Positions 50,972-61,603 of a stretch of 64,000 nt of DNA are shown piece by piece (the stretch's first letter is position 1; the number at the start of each line of letters is the position of its first letter). Under the pieces are notes generated by a model, which was not told the DNA's origin, did no database searches, and saw only the letters and a program-made list of their open reading frames with translations. The stretch is from an uncultured Gemmatimonadales bacterium. GTDB lineage: Bacteria > Gemmatimonadota > Gemmatimonadetes > Longimicrobiales > RSA9. The translations under genes were made by a program, and so were the position numbers. Where the stretch lies: the NCBI GenBank assembly GCA_963798085.1, contig CAWCRS010000009.1, positions 64,001 to 128,000 of the forward strand, in the 5' to 3' direction.

Positions 50972-53580
50972 TGGCGGCGTCGAGCGCACGAGCGGTGCGG
51001 TGGTATCGTCGCCTGCTATGGCTGCTGCCGGGCCACATGCGCGAGGAGAGCGAAGCCGAGCTGGTGGAGTTGTTCGAGGGCCTTTACGCGCGGCGACAGG
51101 TTGGCCCGCTGCGCTTCTGGACGCGACTGATCTTCGACCTGATGGTGACGAGCATGGCGGAGCGATTCAGGCGGGGAGCCGGGGCGCGCGGCGCGGGGGA
51201 GCGCGGCGGGCGCGCGATCGCGCTGGACCTGCGGCTGGCATGGCGGCGTCTGGTGCGCGAGCCGGTGCAGGCGGCGCTCGGATCGCTGGGTCTGGGCATC
51301 GGTCTCGCCGCGACCGTGCTCGTGGTCACCCTGGTGCGCGGCGTACTGCTGGCGCCGCTGCCGTACCGTGACGCGGGACGCCTGGTGCGGCTGCGCGAGC
51401 AGAGTGCGAACGGGCGACTCTGGTATCCGTCATTTCCCAATATCCGCGACTGGCGCGAGCATTCGCGGGTGTTCGCGGGTGTGGGCGCCGTGAACATTCC
51501 GCAGATGACATCGGTGCTGTCCGGTTCCGTCGCGGTGCGCGCGAAAGTGGGCGGCGTCTCGCGCGGCTTCTTTCCGCTGCTCGGTGTCAACCCGGTGCGC
51601 GGTCGGCTGTTCACGGATGCGGAGAATGCGCCGGGAGGGGCCCCGGTCGCGCTGGTGAGCGCGGACTTCTGGCGGAATCAGCTCGCGGGTCGCGCGCTCG
51701 ATTCGCTGACCCTGACGATCGGCGAGGAAACCTACGCCGTGGCAGGCGTGGTGCCGGCGGATTTCCGCTTTCTCGGCGAGCTGAGCGTCTGGGATGAGGC
51801 CGCCGTCTGGCTGCCCATGGAGAGACACGATCTCGGTGGCCGGCAGTCGCACGGCTATCACACGGTGGCGCGGCTGGCGCCCGGTGTGACGCTCGAGGGT
51901 GCGCGCCAGGAGATGAATCGCCTGGCCGCCGACCTGAAGCGGCGCAACGGAGAAGGCACCGAGGCGGACGCCGTACGCATGACCCTGCTCACGGATGAGA
52001 TCGTGGGTGGCGTGCGCGCACCGCTCCGGCTGCTGCTCGCGGCAGCGTTTTTCGTTCTCCTGGTGACCTGCTTCAATCTGGCCGCCGCGGTGCTGGCGCG
52101 CGGGCTGGCGCGCATGCGTGAGCTGGCGGTACGCACCACACTGGGCGCGCGACGCGGCGACCTGCTCCGCTACCTGCTGCTGGAGAGCGCCGTGCTCGCT
52201 CTCCCGGGCGCGCTGACCGGCGTCGCGCTGGGTGAGGCCGGACTGCGCGCGCTGCAGAACGCAGGTTTTGACGTGCCTCGACTGGACCAGGTGCGTCTCG
52301 ATGTCAGCATGCTCGGACTCACACTGCTGCTGGCGTTGCTAACCACGCTGCTGGCGGGCGTATTCCCCGCACTCGCCCTGTCGTCACGCAACCTGTGGGC
52401 GAGGCTGCGTACGCACGGTGCGACCACGGCAGCGCGCGAGCAGCGCGGTCTCTGGACCGGCTTCATCGCATTGCAGGTCGCGCTCACACTCGTGCTGCTC
52501 TGCGGCACGGGCGCGCTGCTGCACAGCTTCGAGCGACTGTTGACCCAGGACCTGGGCTACGACACGCGGCTGCTGGCCGTGGACGTTACCCTGCCGGAGA
52601 CGCGTTACACCGACGCGGGCGCGCGCATCGCGTACTACACGAATGCGCTGGAGCGCATCCGCGCGCTGCCCGGCGTGCGGGCCGCGGGACTGACCAGCAT
52701 GCTGCCCGACATCACCACCGCGTACACGGCTAACACGCAACTTCCTGCCCGCCCGGACCACTTCGTCTATGCAGGATTCCGCGCCGTGGATCCCGGCTAC
52801 TTCGACGCGCTCGGACTGACGCACGGGAGCGGCGCGCCGCTGCTGTCGCAAGCGCGCGCTGCTGTCATCGATGCGCAGCTCGCACAGCAGTTGTGGCAGG
52901 ACAAGTCGCCCATCGGCGCGGCCCTGATCAGCGGCTTTTCGAGCGACACGCTGACGGTGCTGGGAACGGTTTCTTCGCTGCGCGAGCTGGACCAGGATCA
53001 CCCGGTGGGGGTCGTGTACGTCGATTTCCGCACGCAGCCACGATTCCTGTCGAACATGCACCTGGTCGTGCGGCCTGCGACCGTTGCGGTGGCGCGGGCT
53101 GTTGCCGCAGAACTGCGCGCCGTGGATCCGCTGGTGCCGACGACCATCGAGTCCATGGATCAGCGCATCGGGCGCGGGCTGGGCACGCGGCGCTTGCTGC
53201 TGCTGATCAGCGGCAGCTTTGCGGCGGTCACGCTGCTGCTGGCGGCGCTGGGCGTCCATGCCGTGGTGGCCTACGCGGTGGGCCGCGAGCGCAAGAGTGC
53301 GGCGATACGCATGATCCTGGGCGCGCGGCCCATCAGCGTAGTGCGTGTGCTGCTCGGCTTCGGCGTGCGCCCCGTTGCCGTCGGTCTCGGCCTGGGCCTG
53401 CTGCTCACCGTGCCCGCGCTGCTCACCCTGCGCTCCCAGCTCTTCGGCGTGCGCCCGCTCGACCCCCTGTCGCTGCTGGCCGGCGTACTCGTGCTCGCTG
53501 TCGTCGCCGGCCTGGCCGCGTGGCTGCCCGCGCGCGCCGTCATCGGCATCGAGCCTAACGCCGTACTACGCTCCGACTGA
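50968..53580 (+). CDS. ADOP-type ABC permease (MacB/FtsX)
   Basis: VLLAPLPY, ELAVRTTLGA, WLPARAVIGIEP; overlaps the PadR stop. Confidence 0.9.
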   Translation: MMAASSARAVRWYRRLLWLLPGHMREESEAELVELFEGLYARRQVGPLRFWTRLIFDLMVTSMAERFRRGAGARGAGERGGRAIALDLRLAWRRLVREPVQAALGSLGLGIGLAATVLVVTLVRGVLLAPLPYRDAGRLVRLREQSANGRLWYPSFPNIRDWREHSRVFAGVGAVNIPQMTSVLSGSVAVRAKVGGVSRGFFPLLGVNPVRGRLFTDAENAPGGAPVALVSADFWRNQLAGRALDSLTLTIGEETYAVAGVVPADFRFLGELSVWDEAAVWLPMERHDLGGRQSHGYHTVARLAPGVTLEGARQEMNRLAADLKRRNGEGTEADAVRMTLLTDEIVGGVRAPLRLLLAAAFFVLLVTCFNLAAAVLARGLARMRELAVRTTLGARRGDLLRYLLLESAVLALPGALTGVALGEAGLRALQNAGFDVPRLDQVRLDVSMLGLTLLLALLTTLLAGVFPALALSSRNLWARLRTHGATTAAREQRGLWTGFIALQVALTLVLLCGTGALLHSFERLLTQDLGYDTRLLAVDVTLPETRYTDAGARIAYYTNALERIRALPGVRAAGLTSMLPDITTAYTANTQLPARPDHFVYAGFRAVDPGYFDALGLTHGSGAPLLSQARAAVIDAQLAQQLWQDKSPIGAALISGFSSDTLTVLGTVSSLRELDQDHPVGVVYVDFRTQPRFLSNMHLVVRPATVAVARAVAAELRAVDPLVPTTIESMDQRIGRGLGTRRLLLLISGSFAAVTLLLAALGVHAVVAYAVGRERKSAAIRMILGARPISVVRVLLGFGVRPVAVGLGLGLLLTVPALLTLRSQLFGVRPLDPLSLLAGVLVLAVVAGLAAWLPARAVIGIEPNAVLRSD

Positions 53581-53664
53581 GCCGTTCCAGCCGCCGGGGT
53601 CTGCGCCGCGAGGGCAGGGAAGCCGGTCGGGGTCCCGGCCCGAGTCCGGCGCCCCGCCGCGCCA

Positions 53665-55955
53665 TCAGCTGCCCGTAGCCGAAACCTTCTCCGCCGCCGG
53701 CGCCTTCAGGTAGCGGTCGTACCAGGCGAGGATGCGCGCGTGGAAGTCGCGCACATTGGCCTCGTTGTCGGTGGGCATGCCGTGGCCGCCATGCGTGTAG
53801 CTCACCCACTCGACGCGTTTGCCCAGGCGGCGCAGCGCGTAGAACATCTCCGCTGGTGGTGCGCTCGGGCACATTGGGGTCCTCGTGGCCGGTCATGAGG
53901 AGCAGAGGCGTCTTCACGCGGTCCGCGAACATCACCGCGGAATGCGCGACGTACTTCTGGGGCTGTTCCCAGAGTGATGCGCCCAGGCGGTCCTGGCTGT
54001 GCTCGGGGGCGTGGATGTTGCGCGTGCCCAGCCGCGGCGAGTCGGTATAGAAGCTGATCATGTCGACCTTGCCGGAGATGTTGATGGCCGCGGCAAAGCG
54101 GTCGGTCTGCGTGACCAGCAGGTTGGTGGCGTAACCGCCGTAGCTGGTGCCGTGCACGCCCAGCCGTTTGGGATCGGCGATGCCCATCTCGATCAGCTTG
54201 TTAGCGGCAGCCGTCACGCCCTTCTCCCACGCCTCGCCCGGGAACCCGATCTCCAGATCCACGGACGGCTGCATCACGGCGTAGCCGTTCGAGGTGAGCA
54301 GGTTGATCATGGCGTTGAAGCGGTCGTCGAAGAAGTCCTCGTAGACGATGAAGATGGTGGGCACCTTCGTGCCCTGCTGATAGTCGAGCGGATAGTTGAG
54401 CACGCCGTACATGTCGTGACCGTCGGCATCCATGTACCTGATCAGCTCGGTGCGACTGAGCTTGGGCTCGATGCCGGGGTTCGCCTGGGTGAGGCGCCGC
54501 ATTGTGCTCAAGTCCGCGTCGGCGGCGTACACATCGCCCGGGTCATTGCCTTTCGCCACCGAGAGCACCATGGAGCGGCCGTCGTCGGCGAGGCGGATGC
54601 CTGTATAGTAGCGGTCATCCTTGACCAGCTCGCGCGTCTGTCCCGTGTTGCGCTGGTAGCGCATGATGCCGCGCTCCCACTTCGTGCGTGACGCGAAGCT
54701 CAGGTAGATGTCGTTCGCGTCCCTGCTCCAGGCGACGACGCTGTAGCGGGGCGCCGTCTTGTCCTCGTCGCTCTGTGGTGCGGCCAGGAACATCGAGCGC
54801 TCACCGCTCGCCGTGTTGATCAGCCAGAAGCCTTCCTTGCTGGTGGCAATCAGCCAGTCGCCTTTTTCGCTGAGTCGCACCGGTGTGAAGCGCTGCTTCT
54901 CGCGCTCCTCGCGCGCGGCCTTGCGGGCTGCGCTGTCGGTCGGCTCATCCGCGGGCTTGGGCGCGTCCACGCCCGCCAGCTTGCGCGGCTCGCCGCCTGC
55001 GACCGTGCCGAAGAAGACCTTGCCTTCCTTCGCGTACACGAAGGCCTGGCCATCGCCCGACCAGCGCAGTGTCATGCCTTTCGTGGTGGGGAACAGCGTG
55101 CGCGTTTCGCCGCCCGCCAGCGGCTTGACCAGCAGTTTGCTCTCACGGCCGAAGATCTCGTCGTAGTCGGTCTTCTTCGTAATGTCCTGTTCGTAGTGCA
55201 GCGTACCGCCGTCCGCGGTCACGGCGTAGTCGCCCAGCATGGTCTCGGGCAGCAGTTCATCGATGCGCCCGCTGTCTGCGTGATACTCGGCCGGGATCGC
55301 GACACTGCCGAGGCGGCGGATGTCGTCCCAGTCGAGGAATGGATCCTCGCTCGAGTTCACGACGAAGGGTGCGGACGTCTCTTTCTGGAAGCGCGCTGCC
55401 GCCTTCTGCTCCCATTCCTTCGTGCGCAGCGCCAGCAGCAGCGTGCGTCCATCGGCGGACCACGAAAGAGGCGGAGTTTTCGGCAAACAGGCGGTTCGAC
55501 GGCGCCGGCACGGTGCGCATGCGGTTGCGGGCACGGTCCCAGAGGGTGAGGCGGAACTCGTCGCCTTCCCGGAGCATGAAGGCCAGCTGCGCGCCGTCCG
55601 GCGACCACGACCAGCCCCTGGCCTGGCGCTTATCGGGGAACAGCTTGCGACTCTCGCCGGAGCGCGTGTCCACCACCGTGATTTCCGCCACGCCGGGCGA
55701 GGTGTAGGTGGGGTCGCCAAACCGGCTGTTATCCACGCCCAGCCGGTCGCGCAGTGAGCTCAGGGTGATCACGGCCCAGCGGCCGTCCGGGCTCACATCG
55801 CCGACCGCCGCGTTGCGCACGGTCAGCACGTCGTCGACCGTGAAGCGCGTCGTCGCCTGCGCCACCTGCGCGGGCAGACTGCGTGCGTGCAGGGCCGCCA
55901 GCAGGAGAGGCAGGCCGAGCAGGATGCGGGGAGAGACGCGTGGCGAGCGCCGCAT
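53665..55955 (-). CDS. S9 family peptidase, frameshifts near 55470 and 53855
   Basis: Signal MRRSPRVSPRILLG; GTSYGGY, GHEDPNV, GGHG. Confidence 0.85.
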
Positions 55956-56547
55956 GAAAGCCTCCGTCCGGAGCAGGATGATTCGGGAGCCGTGAACGCG
56001 CGCCGCATGCCGGGGAGCATCTGTCGGACGGCGCGCGAAGGTCGAAGGTAGCGCGTTTTCGATGGGGGCGGCAACGGCGCGCGCCAGCACACGTGCGGGC
56101 GCGCGCCGCCAGCGCACCACCATGGCAGCGCAACCTCCGACCCGGCTGCAGGAGGGTTCTACCGAACTGCGGTTTCTCCCTGCCTGCGGTTCCGCCTGAG
56201 TGCGCGGCTCGGCGCCCAGAAACTGCGCGGGCGCGAGTGGCTGAGCCGACGCCGGCAGGCTATCGCGGGCGCGGTCGTGCAGCGTGCGGGCGGGAAGGTG
56301 AGGTTATCGCCAGTGTCGAGACCTGCCCGGATGGGTTCCTCACGACCGCTTCCTCACGGCTGGCGGCTACCGGCTGGGCCGTGCAGAGTGCCTGCCGGTC
56401 GGTTGCTCGCAACGGCAACAGATAGTGCGGTCGCGACGCCGGCTCGACCCGTCGCGTGCGGCGCATACGAAGCGGGCCCGCCCGAGCTGCCGGCGAGCCC
56501 CCGCCTCTAGCTCGATGTTAGGACGCGGCCGCAGCCGCGGCCTGCGT

Positions 56548-58059
56548 TCAGGACGCCGTGGGTTTGATGTTGGCGTTCAGCCGGAACAGGTTCTTCGGGT
56601 CGTACCGGTTCTTCAGCGCCACCAGCCGATTGTGGTTGGTGCGGTAGTTGTCCCGCACCGCCGCCGGCGTCCTGTCCGGTGTGAGATCGTTCACGTAGAA
56701 GCCGGCGGTGTAGGGTTCGAGCTTCGACCAGTACTGGCGCGACGCCTGGATGTGCGCGTTGCCGTCGTCGGCGGAATTCCAGACAGCCACGACCAGCATG
56801 TTGGCCAGCGCATCGCGCTGGACGAATGCCGTGGCATCGGGCGCCACGCGGCCAATGGCGCCCAGCCCGGACTGGAACGCGACTTCCGTCGTGCGGCCGG
56901 GATCGCCCCGGAACTCGGAGACGATCGCTGACACCAGGTCGGGCGTCATACTCGAGAGGAAGCCGCTCTTCAGATACGTCGCGATCGCTCGCGGATCCGC
57001 AATGTCGCCGGAGCGCTGGAGGACCTCGTATTCCATCGGCTTCACGTCATCGACCAGCGGCGTGCCCAGCTTGCGGATGGGCGCGAGCGCGCGATCGACA
57101 CCATTGGCCGGACCGCAGTAGCACACGCCGAAGGAGAAGATGCCAGCGGCCCCGCCGGGTGGCTGCACCATGGCGGGGAGAATGTCCAGCTCGTCGGGCG
57201 CCGTCCTGAGGTAGTCGCCGTACAGGGCTATGGCGTCGCGGGCGCGCGAGATCGGGTACACGATCGTGCCGGCGTGCACTTGCCGCGACATGGGATTCAG
57301 CTGGAACTCGAAGCTGGTCACGATGCCGAAATTGCCGCCGCCGCCGCGCACGCCCCAGAAGAGGTCGGGATTCTCGCTCGCGCTGGCGTGAACGAACTGG
57401 CCATCCGCGGTCACGACGTCGACGCTCTGGAGGTTGTCGACGGCAAGGCCGAAGCGGCGCGCCACGCGGCCGAAGCCGCCGCCGGTCACGAGGCCGCCCA
57501 CACCGGTGTGCGAGACCGTCCCGAGAGGCGTGACCAGATCGAACTGTGCGGTCTCGTGGTCGACGAGACTGAGCAGGCTGCCGCCCGTGACCCAGGCCCG
57601 GCGTGCACGCGGATCGACGCGCACGGCGCGGAAAGTCGAAAGGTCGATCATCATGCCCTTGTCGCACGTGGACGCGCCCGAGAAGCTGTGTCCACCGCAT
57701 TTCACCGCGAGCAGCAGCCCGCGATTCTCCCGCGCGAAATTCACTGCGGCGCGGATGTCGGCCACGCCCGAGGGCTGCACGATCAGGGCGGGGTGCTTGT
57801 CGAAAGATGCGTTGAGGATGCGGCGGGCGTCATCGTACCCCTGATCGCGCGCCAGCAGCAGCCGACCGCGCAGCCGGGCCCGCAGGTCCGCAATGTCGCG
57901 CCCGCGCAGTGTGACCTGCTGCCCGTCTCCGGTTACGGCATCGATATCGGGAAGCTGTGGCTGCGAACTTCGCAGCACGGCCGCTGCGAGCGGGCGTCGT
58001 GGGAGGGACATGACTGTCGCGGCGGCGACAGCCGAGCGGAGGAAGACGCGTCGCCTCAT
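56548..58059 (-). CDS. FAD-binding oxidoreductase (BBE/VAO family), Tat-exported
   Basis: MRRRVFL; KCGGHS, DLFWGVRGGGGNFGIVT, LKNRYDPKNLF. Confidence 0.93.
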   Translation of the reverse strand: MRRRVFLRSAVAAATVMSLPRRPLAAAVLRSSQPQLPDIDAVTGDGQQVTLRGRDIADLRARLRGRLLLARDQGYDDARRILNASFDKHPALIVQPSGVADIRAAVNFARENRGLLLAVKCGGHSFSGASTCDKGMMIDLSTFRAVRVDPRARRAWVTGGSLLSLVDHETAQFDLVTPLGTVSHTGVGGLVTGGGFGRVARRFGLAVDNLQSVDVVTADGQFVHASASENPDLFWGVRGGGGNFGIVTSFEFQLNPMSRQVHAGTIVYPISRARDAIALYGDYLRTAPDELDILPAMVQPPGGAAGIFSFGVCYCGPANGVDRALAPIRKLGTPLVDDVKPMEYEVLQRSGDIADPRAIATYLKSGFLSSMTPDLVSAIVSEFRGDPGRTTEVAFQSGLGAIGRVAPDATAFVQRDALANMLVVAVWNSADDGNAHIQASRQYWSKLEPYTAGFYVNDLTPDRTPAAVRDNYRTNHNRLVALKNRYDPKNLFRLNANIKPTAS

Positions 58060-58242
58060 GTGCGGCTCCCATGTCGGGGGATCGGGAGAGACAACGCAGC
58101 CTATGTCGAGTGGCGACGCAGCGCAACCCGCTGTTGGCGCGCGACCGCCGCGAACCGTCCGGCGCAGCCCGGGATTATGGGGGTGTCACGAAAAGCCGTG
58201 CGGATGGAAATCGCGGACGGCGCTCACGAGCGGAGAGATGCG

Positions 58243-58812
58243 ATGGCGAAGCGGGACGTTGTGGCCTCGATCGAGGCCGAGTTCCGGCGCTACAAGGCGG
58301 CAGCCGAGGCGGCGATGGCACAGCTGGAGACGGAGCAGCTGACGGAGCGCGCCTCCACGACAGACAATTCGATCGCTACCATGGTCTGGCACATTGCCGG
58401 CAATCTGCATTCGCGGTTTTCCGACTTCCTCGCCAGCGACGGCGAGAAGCCGTGGCGTGATCGCGAATCGGAGTTCGAGGCCCGTGCGCCGACGCGCGAA
58501 CAGCTGCTGGAGAAGTGGGAAGATGGCTGGAACATGCTGTTATCAACGGTGGCCGCACTCACGGACGACGACCTGTTCCGGATGGTGTCGATCCGCGGCG
58601 TCGCGCTGCCGGTGCACGCCGCGCTGCACCGCTCGCTGGCGCACGTCAGCTACCACGTCGGCCAGATCGTCTACCTGAGCAAGATGATGCGCAGCGATGC
58701 CTGGCAGTACCTTTCGATCCCGCCGGGCGGATCCGTGGATTACAACCGCGATCCGGCCTTCGAAAAGCCGGCGCAGCACGCGGCACGACTGGCCGCTCCC
58801 GGCTCGAAGTAA
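58243..58812 (+). CDS. DUF1572/DinB-like protein
   Basis: NSIATMVWHIAGN..SRFSDFLASDGEKPWRDRESEF; YHVGQIV. Confidence 0.88.
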   Translation: MAKRDVVASIEAEFRRYKAAAEAAMAQLETEQLTERASTTDNSIATMVWHIAGNLHSRFSDFLASDGEKPWRDRESEFEARAPTREQLLEKWEDGWNMLLSTVAALTDDDLFRMVSIRGVALPVHAALHRSLAHVSYHVGQIVYLSKMMRSDAWQYLSIPPGGSVDYNRDPAFEKPAQHAARLAAPGSK

Positions 58813-58863
58813 CGGGCGGGCGGCGGGCGCGCGCAGCCTGGGGCGCGCGGCGATGCGGTGATG

Positions 58864-59397
58864 TCAGGGTTTGCGCGGCTGCCGGCTCTGGTACTGGCGC
58901 TGGCGGATGTCGACGAAGTTCTCGGCAATGTTGCGGGGAATGGAAAGGTGCTCCTGCAGCTTGCGCAGGAAGTCGCGCTCGGCTTCATCAATGGTGCCGT
59001 CGGCCAGTACTTCGGACACGGTGCGCAGGTACACCTGGCGGGCGACGTTGCGCTGGATGGCATCGCAGGTGGTGGCATCCAGCCCGAACAGGGCGCGCAG
59101 GTGCGCGATGTCGGCCAGCTCGTCATCACTGATGCGGCGATCCTCGAGGCAGTGCACGAGGTAATCGCGGTACACCACTTCCAGCTCGCCGCGGAAGTAG
59201 TTGACCGGATTCACGCGATGGACGCGGGTGATGCGATCGAGGTCGGTCTGCGTGACCGCGCGCGGCGAATCGACGCTGCCCAGCAGGTTCACCAGGTCGA
59301 TCAGCGCGTTTCGGGGCAGCTTCCGCCGCAGCAGCCGTTGCGCGAACGAAGGCCGCTGCAACGCCCGCTGCGGAAACGGTGAGGAGGTCGTCGGCAC
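58864..59397 (-). CDS. TerB-like helical repeat protein
   Basis: EDRRISDDELADI and ADGTIDEAERDFL repeats; start approximate. Confidence 0.65.
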   Translation of the reverse strand: MPTTSSPFPQRALQRPSFAQRLLRRKLPRNALIDLVNLLGSVDSPRAVTQTDLDRITRVHRVNPVNYFRGELEVVYRDYLVHCLEDRRISDDELADIAHLRALFGLDATTCDAIQRNVARQVYLRTVSEVLADGTIDEAERDFLRKLQEHLSIPRNIAENFVDIRQRQYQSRQPRKP

Positions 59398-59534
59398 GTC
59401 GTCGCCTCGAACGAAATCGGTGGTGGGGCGCTGCAAGACAGCAGCGCGGACCGGCAGGGCCGGACCGCACAGCGCGGGTCACGCACCCCCAATGTAGACC
59501 TGAAGTCGAACTACGGTCCAGTGCGCGGCCGGTT

Positions 59535-60689
59535 TCAGTGGCCGGTGATCTGCCGGGCGGCAAGCGGCGCATCGTGGCCGATATTCCGGAGGCCGCCGGT
59601 CGAGTCATAGTTGTGGCCGACGAAGAAGAGGTCGGGGCGGTCCGCGCTGCGCACGCGGTCCGCGCGCAGCGCGAAGCCGGCGGCATCCGTGCGCACGGAG
59701 CCCAGCACGGGCTGCAGCGCCGGCCGGAAGCCGGTGGCCAGAATCACGTCGTCGCATGCGATTTCGGTGTTATCCACGAAGCGCACGCCGCCTGCCGTGA
59801 AGCACGCGATGCCCGGCGCGACGCGCACGCGGCCGGCGCGTATGGCGTCCACCAGGTGGAAGCCGATGAGCGGGATCCGGTCCAGCGGGCCGTACGGCGG
59901 CAGGGGCAGCACGGGCCGGCCTCGCCGGGCGATGACCGCCGCGCGCAGCATGCGGACCACGAGCTGACGGGCCGGCCGCGGCAGCTCGCGCAGCAGATAC
60001 GCCACGTACTGGACGGGCACGCCCAGCAGCGTGAGCGGCACCACGTTGGCGCCCGTGCGCACCGACACGACAACCCTAACGCCGGCGTTAGCCAGCTCGG
60101 CCGCGATCTCGCCGCCCGAGTTGCCGCAGCCCACCACCAGCACCCGCCGGCCCTGGAACGGCTGCGGCCGCCGGTACTCCACGGAATGGAGTATGCGACC
60201 GGTGAACGTCTGCTGCCCGTCGAAACTCGGCGTTATCGGCCAGGACACGATGCCGGTGGCCATGACCAGCGCACCGGCCTCGATCTCGCCGGCCGAAGTC
60301 GCGAGCGTCCAGCCGCCGCCGGCGCGCGGCTCGGCGCGCTGCACATCGACGCCGGTTTCGACACGCAGCGCGAAGCGCTCGCGGTACTGCTCGAGGTACT
60401 CGATGAGGTCCGTGCGCGAAGGGAAGAGCGGCGTGGCGCGCGGGAAGCGCAGACCGGGGAGCGTGGACAGGTGTTTGCCCGTGTGCAGGCGAAGGCTGTC
60501 GTAGAGATTGCGCCAGACGTGCGCGGCGGCGGGACCGCGCTCGAGCACGCGGTACGGCACGCCCCGTTCGGCCAGCGCCCGTGCCGCCGCAAGGCCGGCG
60601 GGTCCGGCCCCCACGACCACCACAGGATGCAGGCGACGCTTCCCGTTCACCCGTGCGGGCGAGGTCAGCGTGGCCGTGGCCTCAGCCAT
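59535..60689 (-). CDS. Flavin-containing monooxygenase-like oxidoreductase
   Basis: GAGPAG, HSVEY, GCGNSG, ATGF. Confidence 0.9.
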   Translation of the reverse strand: MAEATATLTSPARVNGKRRLHPVVVVGAGPAGLAAARALAERGVPYRVLERGPAAAHVWRNLYDSLRLHTGKHLSTLPGLRFPRATPLFPSRTDLIEYLEQYRERFALRVETGVDVQRAEPRAGGGWTLATSAGEIEAGALVMATGIVSWPITPSFDGQQTFTGRILHSVEYRRPQPFQGRRVLVVGCGNSGGEIAAELANAGVRVVVSVRTGANVVPLTLLGVPVQYVAYLLRELPRPARQLVVRMLRAAVIARRGRPVLPLPPYGPLDRIPLIGFHLVDAIRAGRVRVAPGIACFTAGGVRFVDNTEIACDDVILATGFRPALQPVLGSVRTDAAGFALRADRVRSADRPDLFFVGHNYDSTGGLRNIGHDAPLAARQITGH

Positions 60690-61263
60690 TGTAGATTTCG
60701 CCGCCCTCGCGACCGTACTCGAGCAGCACCCGCCGCGCGTCTTCACGCAAAGGGCCGGCCTCGCAGCGGATCGAGCGCGCGGCCAGGTAGTCGTACGACG
60801 ACTGGAACACCGGGCCCTCGTCGAACTGCAGGCGGCCCGCATCATCGCGCGTCGCGGCCCACACCACGCGCGCCACACCGCTCCATGGCACCGCACCCAG
60901 GCACATGGCGCACGGCTCGCACGACGTGAAGAGCTCATGTGCGGGCATGCCCGCTTCACCCAGCGTGTACGAGCCGCGTCTCGCCTGCGCCAGCATCAAG
61001 GCCACGATTTCCGCGTGCAACACCGAGTTACCCAGCGGGACCACGCGGTTCATGCCCACCGCGACCAGGCGCCCCTTCCCCGCCTCGAAGATGGCCGCAC
61101 CGAACGGTCCGCCCGTCCCTCGCCGCACATTCTCCCAGGAGAGCCGTATCGCCAGCTCCATGCGCTCTTCATCGCTCGCGTACCGCCGATCGAAGTCGAC
61201 GCCGTCACTCACCCAGTCGGGAAGCGAGACTGTGATCGAGGTCGCAGGTTTGGCTTGCAGCAT
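60682..61263 (-). CDS. Nucleoside/guanine deaminase (CDA fold)
   Basis: GGPFGA, HAE, SCEPCAMC. Confidence 0.92.
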   Translation of the reverse strand: MLQAKPATSITVSLPDWVSDGVDFDRRYASDEERMELAIRLSWENVRRGTGGPFGAAIFEAGKGRLVAVGMNRVVPLGNSVLHAEIVALMLAQARRGSYTLGEAGMPAHELFTSCEPCAMCLGAVPWSGVARVVWAATRDDAGRLQFDEGPVFQSSYDYLAARSIRCEAGPLREDARRVLLEYGREGGEIYNG

Positions 61264-61271
61264 ATTCGGAA

Positions 61272-61524
61272 GCGTTTCTCGGGCTGGGGTTCGGGTTGGG
61301 GCCGGGTAACGACTACGGATTCATGGCGAATGATGCGTTTGCTGCACAGGATTGAAAAGGACCCATGGGAGTCAGCCAATACGTTCTCGTCCACCCCGGC
61401 CCGCATCGCATTCGATCCGTTGAATCCCTTCCCCGGCAACCAGCCCCAGCAACCAGCGCCAGCAACGCCGTTGATCCATTGATCCGTTCCCCAGCCCGAG
61501 CCCCAGCCCCAGCCCGAGAAACGC
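61272..61524. repeat. Inverted-repeat-bounded element of the CCCCAGC family
   Basis: GCGTTTCTCGGGCTGGGG (61272-61289) pairs with CCCCAGCCCGAGAAACGC (61507-61524); internal ccagccccagcaaccag copy. Confidence 0.72.
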
Positions 61525-61603
61525 CTTTCAACAGGCAGACAGTCACGATGAAGCCGACCTCACGATGACTCAGAGGCGCGCCACAAGGGTAGCAGTCCCC
61601 ACC

